Origin: Squalus acanthias
Taxonomy: Eukaryota
Direction: 5' to 3'
Length of the DNA: 64,000 nucleotides
NCBI GenBank assembly: GCA_030390025.1
Contig: CM059432.1
Coordinates: 135,656,001 to 135,720,000, forward strand
A program made the position numbers and the translations under genes. This document shows positions 1-12,015 of the stretch, in pieces. Below the pieces are notes generated by a model, which saw only the letters and a program-made list of their open reading frames with translations, searched no databases and was not told where the DNA came from. How positions within the stretch are numbered: the stretch's first letter is position 1; each line of letters starts with the position of its first letter.

Positions 1-14
1 TCAGCTAAGGTAAC

Positions 15-145
15 ATGAGGCATGTAACAACTGATCTCAACAACACTGGGTTAGGGAGAGGGAATAAAGAAACTCAGTCAGGGTTCCTGCTCCTGGTCAT
101 CCAGCCAGCCTTGCTAGATTCTGTGTGGGTGTGCGGGTATGGTGG
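15..145 (+). mobile_element. Fragment of a recurrent SINE-like family (called family B here)
   Basis: Shares CTGATCTCA...GGGTTAGGGAGAGGGAA..TCAGTCAGGGTTCCTGCTCCTG with copies at ~15.8 kb, 46.7 kb, 49.2 kb and 54.2 kb. Confidence 0.5.
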
Positions 146-627
146 TTTTGTACATTGGACAAATAATGACCCTCTACATGTAGTTCTGATCTTAGCTGTG
201 CCGAATCAAAGCTTCAGTGTCTCCCTGCAGGGAAGGGATATCAGATTAGTGATATTGCTGTTATGTTGTCATGACTCCACTTCCCAGCAGCCAGCAAAAA
301 AGGGCATTAGTAGAGGTCTGGAAACAGGTTGTGAGGCTGTCCTCTTGGCAGAAAACTCATGAGACCCACTGGGACCTTGAATATAATGGAGAGAAAACTG
401 AGGCGGCATGTCCTTCATGGGGTGTGAACTGCCGATCAATATGTACAAAAATGAAAGAACTATGTATAGCTAGTGACTTACAGTAGCATTAACTGGTGCA
501 CAATATAAAGATGACACTGTGAAGTAAGAACTGATACTATGTGCATTTCTCTTTCTACGTGTATGTGTATGTATAGTATATGCCTTAGAGCATTTACAGC
601 TTCAGATTTAGCACTATATTTGCTTCT

Positions 628-741
628 TATTTACCTACATTACAACAGTGACGACACTTCAAAACTACTTCATTGGTTGTAAAGCGCTTTGGAATGTTCT
701 GAGGTCGTGAAAGGCGCTATATAAGTGCAAGTCTTTTTTTT
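628..741 (+). mobile_element. 3' tail fragment of a Deu-domain SINE (SacSINE1/AmnSINE-like)
   Basis: CCTACATTACAACAGTGAC...GAAAGGCGCTATATAAGTGCAAGTCTTT; the same tail recurs many times in the window. Confidence 0.8.
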
Positions 742-1230
742 ACCACAACTTAATACATACCTGTCCTTGGTCATTTTCTCTTTCACCATTTTTACACAGA
801 AATATATATCTTTACTGCTCTTTATACCTGGCACAAGCAATTTTAAGGACACATCTTTGGTTGAAGAGAAGGCACATACTGCATGTGGTGTTACAAACAC
901 GTTATCAAGCATTCAAAAAAGACTGCTCAAATCATATGTGGTATACGTTAGTTCATGATGTGTTAAATCATGGAGTGTTAGGGCACAATTTTCTCACAAA
1001 ATATTAGTGGTCTTGCGGAGGACAGGAATGAAGACAGAGTGCTTCTGCTAAGGATAAAAAGATTTGAATTTCAGACAACGGCAAACACTCATATACTGTA
1101 CTTCTATCTGTTGTTTCAAGAATGGCATAAACAGCCTGCTGTGAACAACATCCAATTAGCTGAGTTAGGAATGATGCATAGCTTATTTTTGAGGGGGGCA
1201 GCTAAAGATGTGAAATTAAAAATAAAAATT

Positions 1231-1542
1231 CGGCTAGCCGTCTTTTGGATGAGACATTAAGTTAAGGCTCCGTCTGTTCTGTCAGGTGGATGTAAAAGAT
1301 CCCATGACACTATTTCAAATAAGTATAGTGGGCCAACATGTATCCATCAACCAACACCTAAAAAGCAGATTATCTGATCATAATCTCATTGCTGTTTGTG
1401 GGAGCTTGCTGCGCGCAATTTGGCTGCCGCGTTCTCCTGCATTACAACAGTGACTGCACTTCAAAAGTACTTCATTGGCGGTAAAGCACTTTGGGATGTC
1501 CTGAAATCGTGAAAGGCGCTATATAAAAGCAAGTCTTTCTTT
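1231..1542 (+). mobile_element. Deu-domain SINE (SacSINE1-like), 5' truncated
   Basis: GTCTTTTGGATGAGACATTAA...CAGGTGGATGTAAAAGATCCCATGACACTATTTC (Deu core) plus an L2-like tail ending GCAAGTCTTTCTTT. Confidence 0.85.
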
Positions 1543-2108
1543 GAAAAAAAACTTTTACTAAAAAGGTTAAAAATTGAGATGGTTTGAGAAATTGTAGAAT
1601 TGAAAATTTAGCAATAATAGATGTAATATTACTTCACAGGGAAGCAATATAGCACTATTTTGAACAGAGGATGGATCTGTTTTTCTTTAATAAGGTTTCA
1701 GTAAAAAAAATTCTGTACTAAATGATTTCAAATTCACTCTTATCCAATACTGAAAAGGGTCCACTACTGCTTTATTTAATTTATCAAGAATGTGCTCTAT
1801 CTTCCTGTTGAATAGTGACATATAAAATAATAGGTAATAGGGAGAGAGTTGCCAGGCTGTAACCCAGTCTAGAGATTCAGATGAGGTCAAATGGTTTTGC
1901 AACCCTTTTTGGAATCTTTGAAATTGCATTACAGACTTGCAAATCTGTCCTTGGTATATAGAATTTGCAGCAGTTGATAAAAAATAATTATTAAAAAATG
2001 TTGCTTAAACCTCCAGCTCGTGATGCATTTGGCTACATTCATGATGCAAGATAAATGTCAATCACAGAATTAGAGGATCAAGTGCATATATGTTACAAAG
2101 AATATTCT

Positions 2109-2294
2109 GGCCTAGAAATTCCTCTTGGGCGGTGGCGAAAAACGGGCAGTTTCGGATCGGCCGTCTGTTATTCGCAGCGCCTAACGTTCAGTTCTGTTGA
2201 CTGTAATAGAACTGAATATCAGGCGCTACGTTTAATGGGCGGCCGATACGATACCGCCCGCTTTGCGCCACCACCCAAGACGAATTTCTAGCCC
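2109..2294. mobile_element. Palindromic MITE, PIF/Harbinger-like
   Basis: TIR GGCCTAGAAATTC...GAATTTCTAGCCC. The whole element is an imperfect inverted repeat. 3-bp direct repeat TCT on both flanks. Confidence 0.8.
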
Positions 2295-2308
2295 TCTAAC
2301 TCTTCTGT

Positions 2309-3854
2309 GGCCGCGATTTCACCGGCCGAGACGGGCCCGGGGTCGGTGTCGCGGTCCCAGCCCGCTGCCTACTGTAGCCCGCACTCTCCAAGCGATTTTT
2401 CGTTGATTGGCCTTGTTAAGCCCGCCCTGCAAGGTTCCCGGCCAATTAATAGGAAGCGGGTCTGATGACGTCATTTGATGACGCGTCATCAGCTGGTTTC
2501 CTTAAAGGGACCATGTCCAAATTGATTTTGACAGTTCTGTTGTCAGTGTTCTACAGCATTGAGGTGCTACAAACACTGACAAGCTCTGCCAAGCCACACT
2601 CAACCTCATCCTGCTGTGCCACTCATCACATCCACATCACTCTGCCTTCCCTATCCTACTCCTGCACATCTTTACTCACACCAAACTTACCTTGCACCTC
2701 ACCCATCCCTCTCTATCTACATTATCACTTGCCCATCTCACTAGCCACCCCTCACACTCACCCTCAACCTACTGCAAGCATACGAACTAACAACACACAA
2801 GGATAGGCACCTGGGTGGTTCAGCCAATGTTCATGTGAAGTTTCTGTTAATGTGTTGTCAAACATTGAAATCTATGTTTTCAACACTTTACCTTATTGGA
2901 CAGATCTGTGCTCACCTTTGGAAGTGTCTTAGTGAGTTCCAGTGATTGTTGAGACAAAACTCCCCCCCCCCGCCCCCCAATGGTGATGAGTGTGAAAGGA
3001 ATGGCTTGGACATTGTAGGGATGCTTTATGGTGTTGGTGTGGGGTGGTGCCAACCTGGCACATCATGTGGTAGCCAGGGTGTACAGCATCAAGTGAAGTA
3101 AATCTGGCCACGGTGATGCCATCTCTGGCCTCCCGGGCAGCAATGTTGTTGGGTGCTGATGCCCTGTGTCCTGTGCAGCATCAGGTGATTGCGGAGAAGG
3201 TTGGCATTGTTATTGGTGATGTTGGTGTGCCTGGTGATATTGGTGCTGGGGCTGATCGTGGAGGGAATCAGAGGACCAAGGTGAGATTTTTTCAAGGGCA
3301 CCGACGTTGCTGGAATAGATGGCAGCTGAAGTTGAGATGACAGAAGCAATCTGTCAATGGTGAGAGAGCTTGCTCCAAGGAGGTGACAGTGGATAGAGAG
3401 TTTACTCCAAACACTTCCAAACTGCATACAGCTCAAAAGTGTCTTCCAAGTCCTAAAGGCTCAAGCTTCTGACATTAGAAAGTGACCAGCTGTGAAATGG
3501 TAGCTTTCATACCACTTTTGCAGCTGTCACCTATTCACAGCAATGGGGAGACACAGAGAACCCGACCTACTTACCTGACGTGGTCTCCGAACGACGTGAA
3601 CCCGTTTAAAAAGTGGGAAAATAGAAATAGGCTGGCAAAATAGTAGTTAACGAGTGTTTAACAAGCATTTAACTATCTTAAATGCCTCCCCCGCCATTTG
3701 GTGTCGGGTCTGTTCTGAAATCGCAGAGCCGACACGTTAGAAACTTACATGGAGGCGGGTTCGGAGCCGGCTCCCAACCTGCTGTCAATCATTTTGATTT
3801 TGACAGCTGACCCGCCTCCGAACCAGCACTCTCAGCGCCGGCAAAATCGCGGCC
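2309..3854. mobile_element. Non-autonomous PIF/Harbinger-like DNA transposon (~1.55 kb)
   Basis: TIRs GGCCGCGATTTCACCGGC / GCCGGCAAAATCGCGGCC, 3-bp TSD TGT, CpG-rich subterminal regions. Confidence 0.8.
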
Positions 3855-3892
3855 TGTGTCGCAAGAACTGGAGAAATACACCAGCATGTGAC

Positions 3893-4047
3893 CAATGTTC
3901 CCTGTAAGCTGTGCGGCTGTGCAGTGCTCCAGAGGTCCTGCGCAGCTGGCTTTCAAACAGAGAAACCGCGCATGCGCGATATTTTGAATGGACTGTGCAG
4001 CCCCCTAAAGGGGCCATGTGGCCCGAAAAAAATTACAGGGAACATTG
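3893..4047. mobile_element. hAT-type MITE (155 bp)
   Basis: Perfect 15-bp TIR CAATGTTCCCTGTAA / TTACAGGGAACATTG. Perfect 8-bp TSD CATGTGAC at 3885-3892 and 4048-4055. Confidence 0.92.
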
Positions 4048-4070
4048 CATGTGACTGGTATGAAACCTGT

Positions 4071-4390
4071 AACATAGAATCATACAGCATAGAAGGAGGC
4101 CTGTGCCAGCTCTTTGAAAGAGCTATTCAATTAGTCCCACTCTCCTGCTCTTTCCACATAGCCCAGCAAATTTTTCCTTTTCAAGTATTTATCCAATTCC
4201 CTTTTGAAAGTGATTATTGAATCTGCTTCCATCACTCTTTCAGGCAATGAATTCCAGATCATAACAACTCGCTGCACAAAAACATTCTTCCTCATCTCCC
4301 CTCTGTTTCCTTTGCAAATTATCTTAAATCTGTCACCCTGGTCACCAACCCTCCTGCCAATGGAAACAGTTTCTTCCTATCTACCCTTCA
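4071..4390 (-). mobile_element. CR1 LINE 3' end
   Basis: Reverse complement of the CR1 ORF2 C-terminus and 3'UTR seen at 14530-14860, with an (ATTCTATG)-type tail. Confidence 0.85.
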
Positions 4391-4792
4391 TAGTTTTAAT
4401 GTTGTATTTCACCAAACATGATGTTGTGTTTCACCAAAGAGTTCACTGTACATTAGATTTAAACAACATGGTTACGGGACAGTATATTCAAGGTATTAAA
4501 AATTTCCAGTCCTCATCTTCGGAGCTTTTCCGCTGCCTTTAAATACACCCCACCGCCTCAGCTGCTGCAGTGGTGATCCCAGCGCAGCACTGCCAGGGTT
4601 TTCCGGACATGCCGCGACTGGCTCCCTCTTGGTGTTGGGGATCCTGCCAGGAGCCCGCTCCACACAGCAAATCAAGACACCACCTCGGAAAATTGGTTGG
4701 GGGGTTATGGCGAGTTCAAAGCAGCACGCAGAACTCACAATCGTGCCGATGAGGAAAATACTGGCCTTTGTGTGTTTCAATTTCTGGTCTAT

Positions 4793-4878
4793 GCTGAGGT
4801 GCTCTTGCAGAGAGCCGGCACGGGCTCGACGGGCCGAATGGCCTTCTTCCATGCTGTAACCATTCTATGATTCTATGA
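4793..4878 (+). mobile_element. Very short (~86 bp) 5'-truncated CR1 insertion
   Basis: Near-identical to 14775-14859 (GCTGAGGTGCTCTTGCAGAGAGCCGGCACGGGCTCGACGGG...CATTCTATGATTCTATGA). Confidence 0.9.
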
Positions 4879-5199
4879 AATTCCTCGCTCCGTTATTTAT
4901 TTAGAGTGGGTTAATGCCTCTGCTGAAATAACAGAGAGGAATTTCAGCTGAATGCGTGAAATGTTCATACTGTAGTATCCCATAGTGCAATTTCAGGGCC
5001 TCGATCTTTGTGTAAGTTCTTAAACTACAGGCTGAGGAATTTCTACAGCCTATTATGCCAAGTATACTCTGTCATAATTGATTAGTTTTACTATTGCAAA
5101 CACATGTTTATGGAATACATGTACATAAAGATCTAGAAACTGAAAAGCCATGGCCCCCTAAATTCCTACATTAATAGATCAATGCTAGGGTTGTTGCTG

Positions 5200-5830
5200 T
5201 CTACAGTGTACATAAATGACTTGGAGTAGAGCACAGAAACAAAACTCTGAGTTTGCAAATAATACCAAACTGGAAGGCAGTGTAAACAACAGGGAACAGA
5301 CTATTCAAATACGGAAGGACATGAAAAATTGGAGATCAGGGCTGATGAATGCAGATGTCATTTAATGTGGACAAATACAAAGCCAAAGCAACACCTGGCA
5401 GACAGTGCTTACTAGACCAGCAGCCAATTGTAATGGCATTTCTGGACATTTTAGAATGGTTGTAACGCTGGGATATCTGTTTTACTGCGCACATTCTGAT
5501 GCCCGACTACACCAGAACTACACCACTTTTGTATCAAAAAAGCTTCGGACCCAAAATGTGTTTAACGCAATAACAGATTCTGCAACAAAAGCAAACAGCC
5601 TTAAACTTAGAAAAAGGGGAGGAAAAGGCAGTTTAAATTAAACTATTTTATGCAGAGGCTGGCAAGTGTACAGGGGCTGATTGTATCAGCTAAGTCAAGA
5701 GAGAATTGGTTAAGTACCTGGTGAAAAAATTGATATAGGGTCATGAGAAATATTATGATATGATATTTCCTAGACGCTGAGACCAGCCAGACCTTTCAAG
5801 GCCTGTACATTCTTACGTTCCTACGATCAC
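5200..5830 (+). mobile_element. Old, degraded CR1 RT and 3' fragments
   Basis: ATAAATGACTTGGA (INDL), TTTGCAAATAATACCAAACTGG (FADDTKL-like) and TTTAATGTGGACAAAT (FNVDK). Confidence 0.55.
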
Positions 5831-6049
5831 CCTTCAGGGAATTATTGCAATTACTAACTGCAAGCTGTGATATTCCACATTAATCACCTTAACTAAAACC
5901 TTTCAGGCAAGGCACTGAAATGTTAGGTAACGGTAATAATTTTACTTATTTCTGGAAGACTGATTTAAGGGACAAAATAAAACATTGCGGATGGCTTTCT
6001 AATGAATAGATCATTTTATCAATTTACACCAATGCAAATTTATACTAAG

Positions 6050-6482
6050 AGAGAAAGAACTCACATTTATGTAACGCCTTCCGTGACCTCAGGATGTCCC
6101 AAAGTGCTTCACGGCCAATGAAGTACTTCTGAAGTGTGGTCACTGCGGTACTGCAGGGAAATGCAGCAGGCAATTTGCACACAGCAAGGTCCCACGAACA
6201 GTAATGAAATAAATGACCAGCTTGTAATGTTTTGGTGGTGTTGGTTTAGGGATAAATATTGGCCAAGCCATCTACCTGCGCTTCTTCAAAATAGTGCTGT
6301 GGCATCTTTTACATCTACTACCTGAGAGGGCAGACAGGGCCTTGATTTAATGTCTCATCTGAAAGACGTCACCTCTGATATTCCCTCAGTACTGCATTAT
6401 TAGCCTAGCTACAATTTTCTTGAGTGGGGTTTGAACCCATAACCTTCTGACTCAAAGGTATGAGGACTACCACTGAGCTAAC
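6050..6482 (-). mobile_element. Deu-domain SINE, near full length
   Basis: Reverse-complement tail, Deu core and tRNA-like head (TTTGAACCCATAACCTTCTGACTC). Confidence 0.85.
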
Positions 6483-6691
6483 ACACTGATACTGGTTGTC
6501 TAAAACCTCACAGAACAAAAGATCAATATCTGAGCAGCAAGGTGATGAATTATAATAGTTTATGTTGTATTTTGTTCAATTATTATTTCTGATTTCGTTT
6601 GTCGCGTCAAGGTGAAGGATCTCAGTGCTGGAGAACAGAACCTAATTTATCACCAAGCATTCCCAGGTGAAAAATGGATCATAAATGCAGA

Positions 6692-6894
6692 CAGCAACAT
6701 GGTGGCATAGTGGTTAGCACTGGTGCCTCACAGCGCCAGGGACCCGGGTTCGAATCTGGCCTCGGGTGACTGTCTGTGTGGAGTTTGCACATTCTCCCCG
6801 TGTCTGCGTGGGTTTCCTCCGGGTGCTCCGGTTTCCTCCCACAGTCCAAAAATGTGCGGGTTAGGTTGATTTGGCTATGATAAATTGACCCTTA
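6692..6894 (+). mobile_element. HE1-type V-SINE (shark tRNA-derived SINE), 3' truncated
   Basis: A box TGGCATAGTGG, B box GGTTCGAATC, and V-domain TGTGTGGAGTTTGCACATTCTCCCCGTGTCTGCGTGGGTTTCCTCCGGGTGCTCCGGTTTCCTCCCACAGTCCAAA. Confidence 0.9.
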
Positions 6895-8447
6895 GACTAG
6901 AGCTCCCTCTGTCAGAACAACAAGATGCCTTAAACCCAATGCCAGAAAAGCAGTGCCACCTCACCGGTGCTTATTTTCCATTCCTCACACAAGCCATCCT
7001 TGTGATCACTTGTGTGGGATTACCAGCTAATGTCAAATTACATTCAGTTTTGATATGAACTAACAACCATTCGAAAATAGGGGGCTAAAGTTCCTCTTTT
7101 CACAAAAAAATTAAGAAAGGCTTTCTTTTTGCTGATCACGAACCTCTAAGGAAAACATGGCAACACACATAACTGCGATGCCTGCAAAAAAGTTTTACGT
7201 GGTAATAAATAAAATATTAGCCAATCATGATGCATCTGCAATAACGATCCTTTCAAGTTTCTTAAGTTGCTAATGAGCTACTTTCCCTGTATAAATCTTG
7301 CAAACTTATTTGATACAGCTGTGGGGGAAGGGGCGGGTGGTGCAACTGTATTAGATAACGGCTCCAGGGCAAATAAGAAAAGCATATTTCAGTGACTATA
7401 TGCTATAAACACTTATAATATTGTCAGGATAATATTTCTGGTGGGCGAGGAAGAGTTCCAAACATGCAGAGGAGGCATGTGTGGAAGCGCATCACAAAAA
7501 TGCTGTTTGTAGAGCCAAATGGACCTCTCAGGAAATGGGGGAGGGTGCGGGGGAGGCGGGGGGGAAATTACACAACTGAAGGAGGAACACCAAAGATATG
7601 ACTTTGATATTGCTGCAAAGTACCAGCACCGGATATAACATGGATGATCGAAAGTTGTAAAAAAAATATACACAAAAAAGGTACTTTTGGAGAGAGGGAT
7701 GTTACCTAAAATGTAGCAAGTAATGTATTAGAACTAAAAATAGTAGGATTGTGTAAATGACATTATGCATGCCAAGATGGAAGAGAGAATGTAATGCAAG
7801 AAGCAAGTTCTATGAATCAGCTCACCCTGTCTAAATACCACGGGGCATATTTTTAAAGCCAAAACTGGTATATAATTGGAAGGTGCAAAGTGGAAGAGAT
7901 CTCAGAATGAGAAAGTTCTAATACTGTATAATGAGGCAAACATAGATCTTTCTTGAAAAGAAAATTTGCCAAAACATGGAGTCTTTGGATGCTGGAGGAA
8001 AATAAAGAAGTCATTCTATGTACTACATTGTTCAGATAGTCAACAATTTACACTAATGGCTCCACAACCAATGATTGTGCACAGGAGCATAATAAAGCAT
8101 ATAATGAGAATGCAGTACCCATAGGATAAATGTGCTTATATATTCATGATGTACCATCTGTTATCTTTATAGAGCAAGAAAAACACACTTGTCTTCTACT
8201 AGAAACTAACGAGCAAAACTCACCAGAACAACAACAACCATCACACACTTGATCTATCCTCATGGGTGGGCAGGTAAGAAGGCTAGAATTGGGGTGAAGA
8301 TTAGCCCCAAGATGTTATGTCTGGTGATGGAAGTTTAGAATCTAGTTAAGCCTGTATGGCTGCCTCAGAAATCCAATACCTGAACCAGGCAAGTCTACAG
8401 TACTCCAGGGCACTTTTGATAATTGACCAGTTGGCCTGGCTCTACTA

Positions 8448-8632
8448 GAAAGAAGGAAAGAAAGAAAGAGAAAAAAGAGAGAAAGGAGGGAAAAAGAAAG
8501 GAGAGAGCGAAAGAGAGAGAGAAAGGAGGAAAGAGGGAAAGGAGGAAAGAGAGAAAGAAAGGAAAGAAAAAGAGGAAAGAAAGGAGGGAGGAAAGAAAGA
8601 AAAAGAGGAAAGGAGGGAGGAAAGAAAGAAAG
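8448..8632. repeat. Polypurine (A/G) low-complexity tract, expanded SINE tail
   Basis: About 185 nt of only A and G (GAAA/GGAA units), abutting the 3' end of a minus-strand SINE. Confidence 0.95.
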
Positions 8633-9028
8633 ACCATGCATTTATAAAGCATCTTTCATGACCTCAGGATGTTCCAAATGCATTACAACCCATGAAGTAC
8701 TTTATGAAGTGTAGTCAATGTTGGAATGTAGGGAGACATCAAAGCCAATTTGTGCATAGCAAGGTCCCACAAATAGCATTGAGATTAATAACCAGATCAT
8801 CTGTTTTTAGTGAGGTTGCCAGGACAGCAGAAGAACTCCTCTGCTCTTTTCCGAATAGTGCTGTGGGATCTTTTGCGCCCACCTGAGAGGGAAGACATCT
8901 CATCCAAAAGATGACATCTCCAACAGTGCAGCACTAATGTGTTGGCCTAGGTTACATAAGTCTCTGGAGTAGAACTTGAACCCACGACCATGTGACAGAG
9001 AAGCAAGAACGCTACCACTGAGTCACGG
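8633..9028 (-). mobile_element. Deu-domain SINE
   Basis: Same tail/core/head order as the 6050-6482 and 56152-56574 copies. Confidence 0.85.
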
Positions 9029-9734
9029 CAGTTGGTTCCAGATAACATCTAAAGCCAATACGCTAGGCATACCCATGCAAGCTTGGCCATGCTCTGTTAA
9101 ACTCCCGCAGCACCTCTCTACACATTTGGGGGTCCTTGGATCTGATAACCTGCTCCGAAGTTCTTTGAACGTAGAGAAGTGGAGCGTGTCTCTGTGTGCC
9201 GAGAGTGTGCACTCTGTATTGTGCCTTGCTGTTAGAGAAAATAAAATCACACATTTCCAGCACAGATAAAAGCACTTTGCGAGAATTCGATCGTGATATG
9301 GCTGTGGAAATACAGGAGGATGAGGCACTGAGCACAGTTATAATGAAGAGGTAGCAGTGGGGCTGGTTGATGAGGGCCAGCTGATGCCACTCTTAAAGAT
9401 ACAGACCTTTGTGGACCTGTTTTTTTAACTGAGGCTGATACAGCCACAGGGCCATACTGAATACTCACTTGAATCTGTGGGACGTCTGGCTACTACTTGT
9501 GTAGTGTTTGGATATTTCGGGGTGCCAAAATCTAGATATGGATGCAATTACTCACAAGTGATATATTGGAGGACCAGCTGTCTGCACTGGGTGTCTACCA
9601 TTGAAAATGTGGTAACACCAATGGCATTTACAGTGGGAACTGCAGCTATGCAGACAATAGGCACAGTCGTGGAATCTCTCAAGAATGTCCCACTGCTGTT
9701 ATGGAGTCTTTGAGGTGCAAATTTGACATTAAGT

Positions 9735-10147
9735 TTGGACACAAAACTGTGGCAGATGGAGTTCAATGTGGGGAAGTGTGCGGTCATCCACTTTGGATCT
9801 AAGAAAGACAAATATGAATATTTTCTTAATGGTGACAGCAAAGGGATTTAGGTGTCCTTGTACACAAATCACTACAAGCTAGTGCACAGGTATAAAAAAT
9901 AATCAAAAAGGGTAACAGCCTTTATCTCAAAGGAGTTGGAACACAAATATTAGAAAGTTATGCTTCCGTTGTACAGAGCCTTCGTCAGACCTCATCTGGA
10001 GCACTGAGTTCCATTTTAGTGACCATACCTCAGGAACGATATACTGGCCCCAGAGGGGCCCGAACCCTGGGCTCGTGTGGAGCATAAACACTGGCATAGA
10101 CTGGTTGGGCCGAATGGCCTGTTTCTGTGCTGTAAATTCTATGTAAT
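9735..10147 (+). mobile_element. CR1 fragments (RT C-terminal part plus 3' tail)
   Basis: TGGCAGATGGAGTTCAATGTGGGGAAGTGTGCGGTCATCCACTTTGG (WQMEFNVGKCAVIHFG), CAGACCTCATCTGGAG (RPHLE), tail GGGCCGAATGGCCTGTTTCTGTGCTGTAAATTCTATG. Confidence 0.85.
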
Positions 10148-10770
10148 AAATTCCAAGATGGGCTGGCTTCAACTCACATGGTGAATAGTTGCAGGCAATC
10201 ATGAGAGAGGCATACAGAGACTTTATACAGGCCCAGTATTCTGTATTTAGACAGATCAGTGGGCCTTGTGAGGAGATGCCCTTCAGCAGTGACATGAGTG
10301 GACCAGCAACTGGTTGGTCACATCAGCAGTAGTTCTGTTTCATTACCTGTCGCTGCACCAGTGGTAGTCAGCACCTCTGAATGCAAAGAGTCCACAGGGA
10401 CTCCAGAAAAAGACGTTCCTGGCACTGATGCAAGTTCATCAGGGTCTGTTGCAGATACAGTTGTTGGGCCTTCTGTATGGTATGCGGTTTGTCAGTTTAA
10501 TATAGTCTGCCATCAGTTCTGTGCTCTCAACCAAGAGGAAAAATGCAGAAGTTCACACCATGCAAGGACAAAATTCACTCACAAACCACATTAAACACAA
10601 AAAACTTGTGACCAAAAACATCCTCTTCTCCTCGTCCTTCACAAAATCAAATTCAGCAATAGTTGTGGAGTAGAAGACTCCTCTGTACTAAACACTTCTA
10701 TGACTGCTATGCTGATAATTCCAAATCTTCAAATGACTAATGCCTAGCCTACCCTGACATTAAATACTCA

Positions 10771-11468
10771 GGGCTGGATTTTCATAGACCTGTGGAGGCG
10801 GGTTTGGAGGCATGTGGGGGGTTAAAATTGCGAAAAGTGGCGGGTGGACCCAATCCCGCCTCCATCCGCCTCCACTCAATTTTGATGAAATCGTGTGCGG
10901 GGTTCCCGTCTCCGTCCCGCCTCCAAGAGGCGGGAGAAGCCATTAAAGCCCTTAATAAGCCCTAAATTGGCTCTGTAATGCCATTTTGAAACGTTTTAGC
11001 TAGTTTAACCCTTTTCCCATGTGAAGCACGCCTGATCTGAAACACGCCAGTGAAACCTGGCGGGAGCACAAGTGGATAGCTGACTATCAGCTGCAGGTCC
11101 ACTATTACAACGGAGATGTGATGAAGGTAGTAGTAGTATTAGGTCTGAAAGTCCTGGCCTTTGCTGTGAGAGGACCTGGATGGAAAAAAAATTCTCTCTC
11201 TCTGAGCTGCTGCTCATTTTGCATCCAGGTCCTCTCACAGCAAAGGCCAGGCAATCTCTGACCTGCAATGCAGCAACAATGATGACATCATCAGAGGCGA
11301 CTTTTCAGACTGAAACCACTAATTGGTTCATGGGTTCCCACATGCTGGAACTCAATTGCCCAATTAAGTGAAAATCGCATCAATCTCCCACATCCAATTG
11401 CAGTCGGGTGGATAACACGAAATGTGGATGACACGACCCCAACCCGCCCCAGTATCAAAATCCAGCCC
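10771..11468. mobile_element. PIF/Harbinger-like MITE (698 bp)
   Basis: Perfect 12-bp TIR GGGCTGGATTTT / AAAATCCAGCCC and 3-bp TSD TCA on both sides. Confidence 0.88.
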
Positions 11469-11869
11469 TCACTTTTCAAAGTGCCATTGTGCATTGTGGG
11501 GGGGGGGTGGGGTTCCATTGATTGGCTTGAAAAAGGCCTTAATAAGCAATAAATATTTGTTCCGCAATCCTTTTGCTAAAGTTCGTTAATCCATTTTTGG
11601 AGGAGCAGGAATCCGAGAAAGGTTCAACACAGACAAATAGTTATTAGTGCTTTCTCTGCAAATTCCACATGTCTCGTCACATTTTTTTCACTAAATTTGG
11701 CAAGAACATGAGTTTTAGCTTCGGTTTAGACTGATCAAATTTATTTTATTTACTGCTGGCAGAGACATCTACCGCATTAGTCAGGGATAGAGATGAAAAG
11801 GCATCTAACTAACTGCACCAACAAGTTCTCCATTTTGTATATTTAATAAACCTCTTTTAGTCAGAAATG

Positions 11870-12015
11870 ATTTCAAGATCCTTGTCCTTACTTTGGAATC
11901 GCTCCAAGGTCTCACTCCACCCTATCTCAGTGATCTCCTCTCGCCATATGTCTCCTGCCCCACGCACCCCCTGGTTCTTGACACCATTACTGCTTGTTCA
12001 CTGCTCCCACTTGAA
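11870..12015 (+). mobile_element. Degraded L2 LINE 3' fragment
   Basis: TTCAAGATCCTTGTCCTT...CTCCAAGGTCTCACTCCACCCTATCTC resembles the L2 copies at 47530-47600 and 49885-49930. Confidence 0.55.

Noticed and set aside
6700-6770. tRNA-like A/B boxes as a tRNA gene
   Set aside because: Continues directly into the V-SINE body, so it is a SINE head and not a tRNA.
8342-8652. Lys/Arg/Glu-rich and Phe/Leu/Ser-rich ORFs
   Set aside because: They are translations of the purine microsatellite.
10298-10594. 98-aa Ser/Val-rich ORF as a host exon
   Set aside because: No recognisable domain or convincing splice sites, and it is antisense to the host gene.
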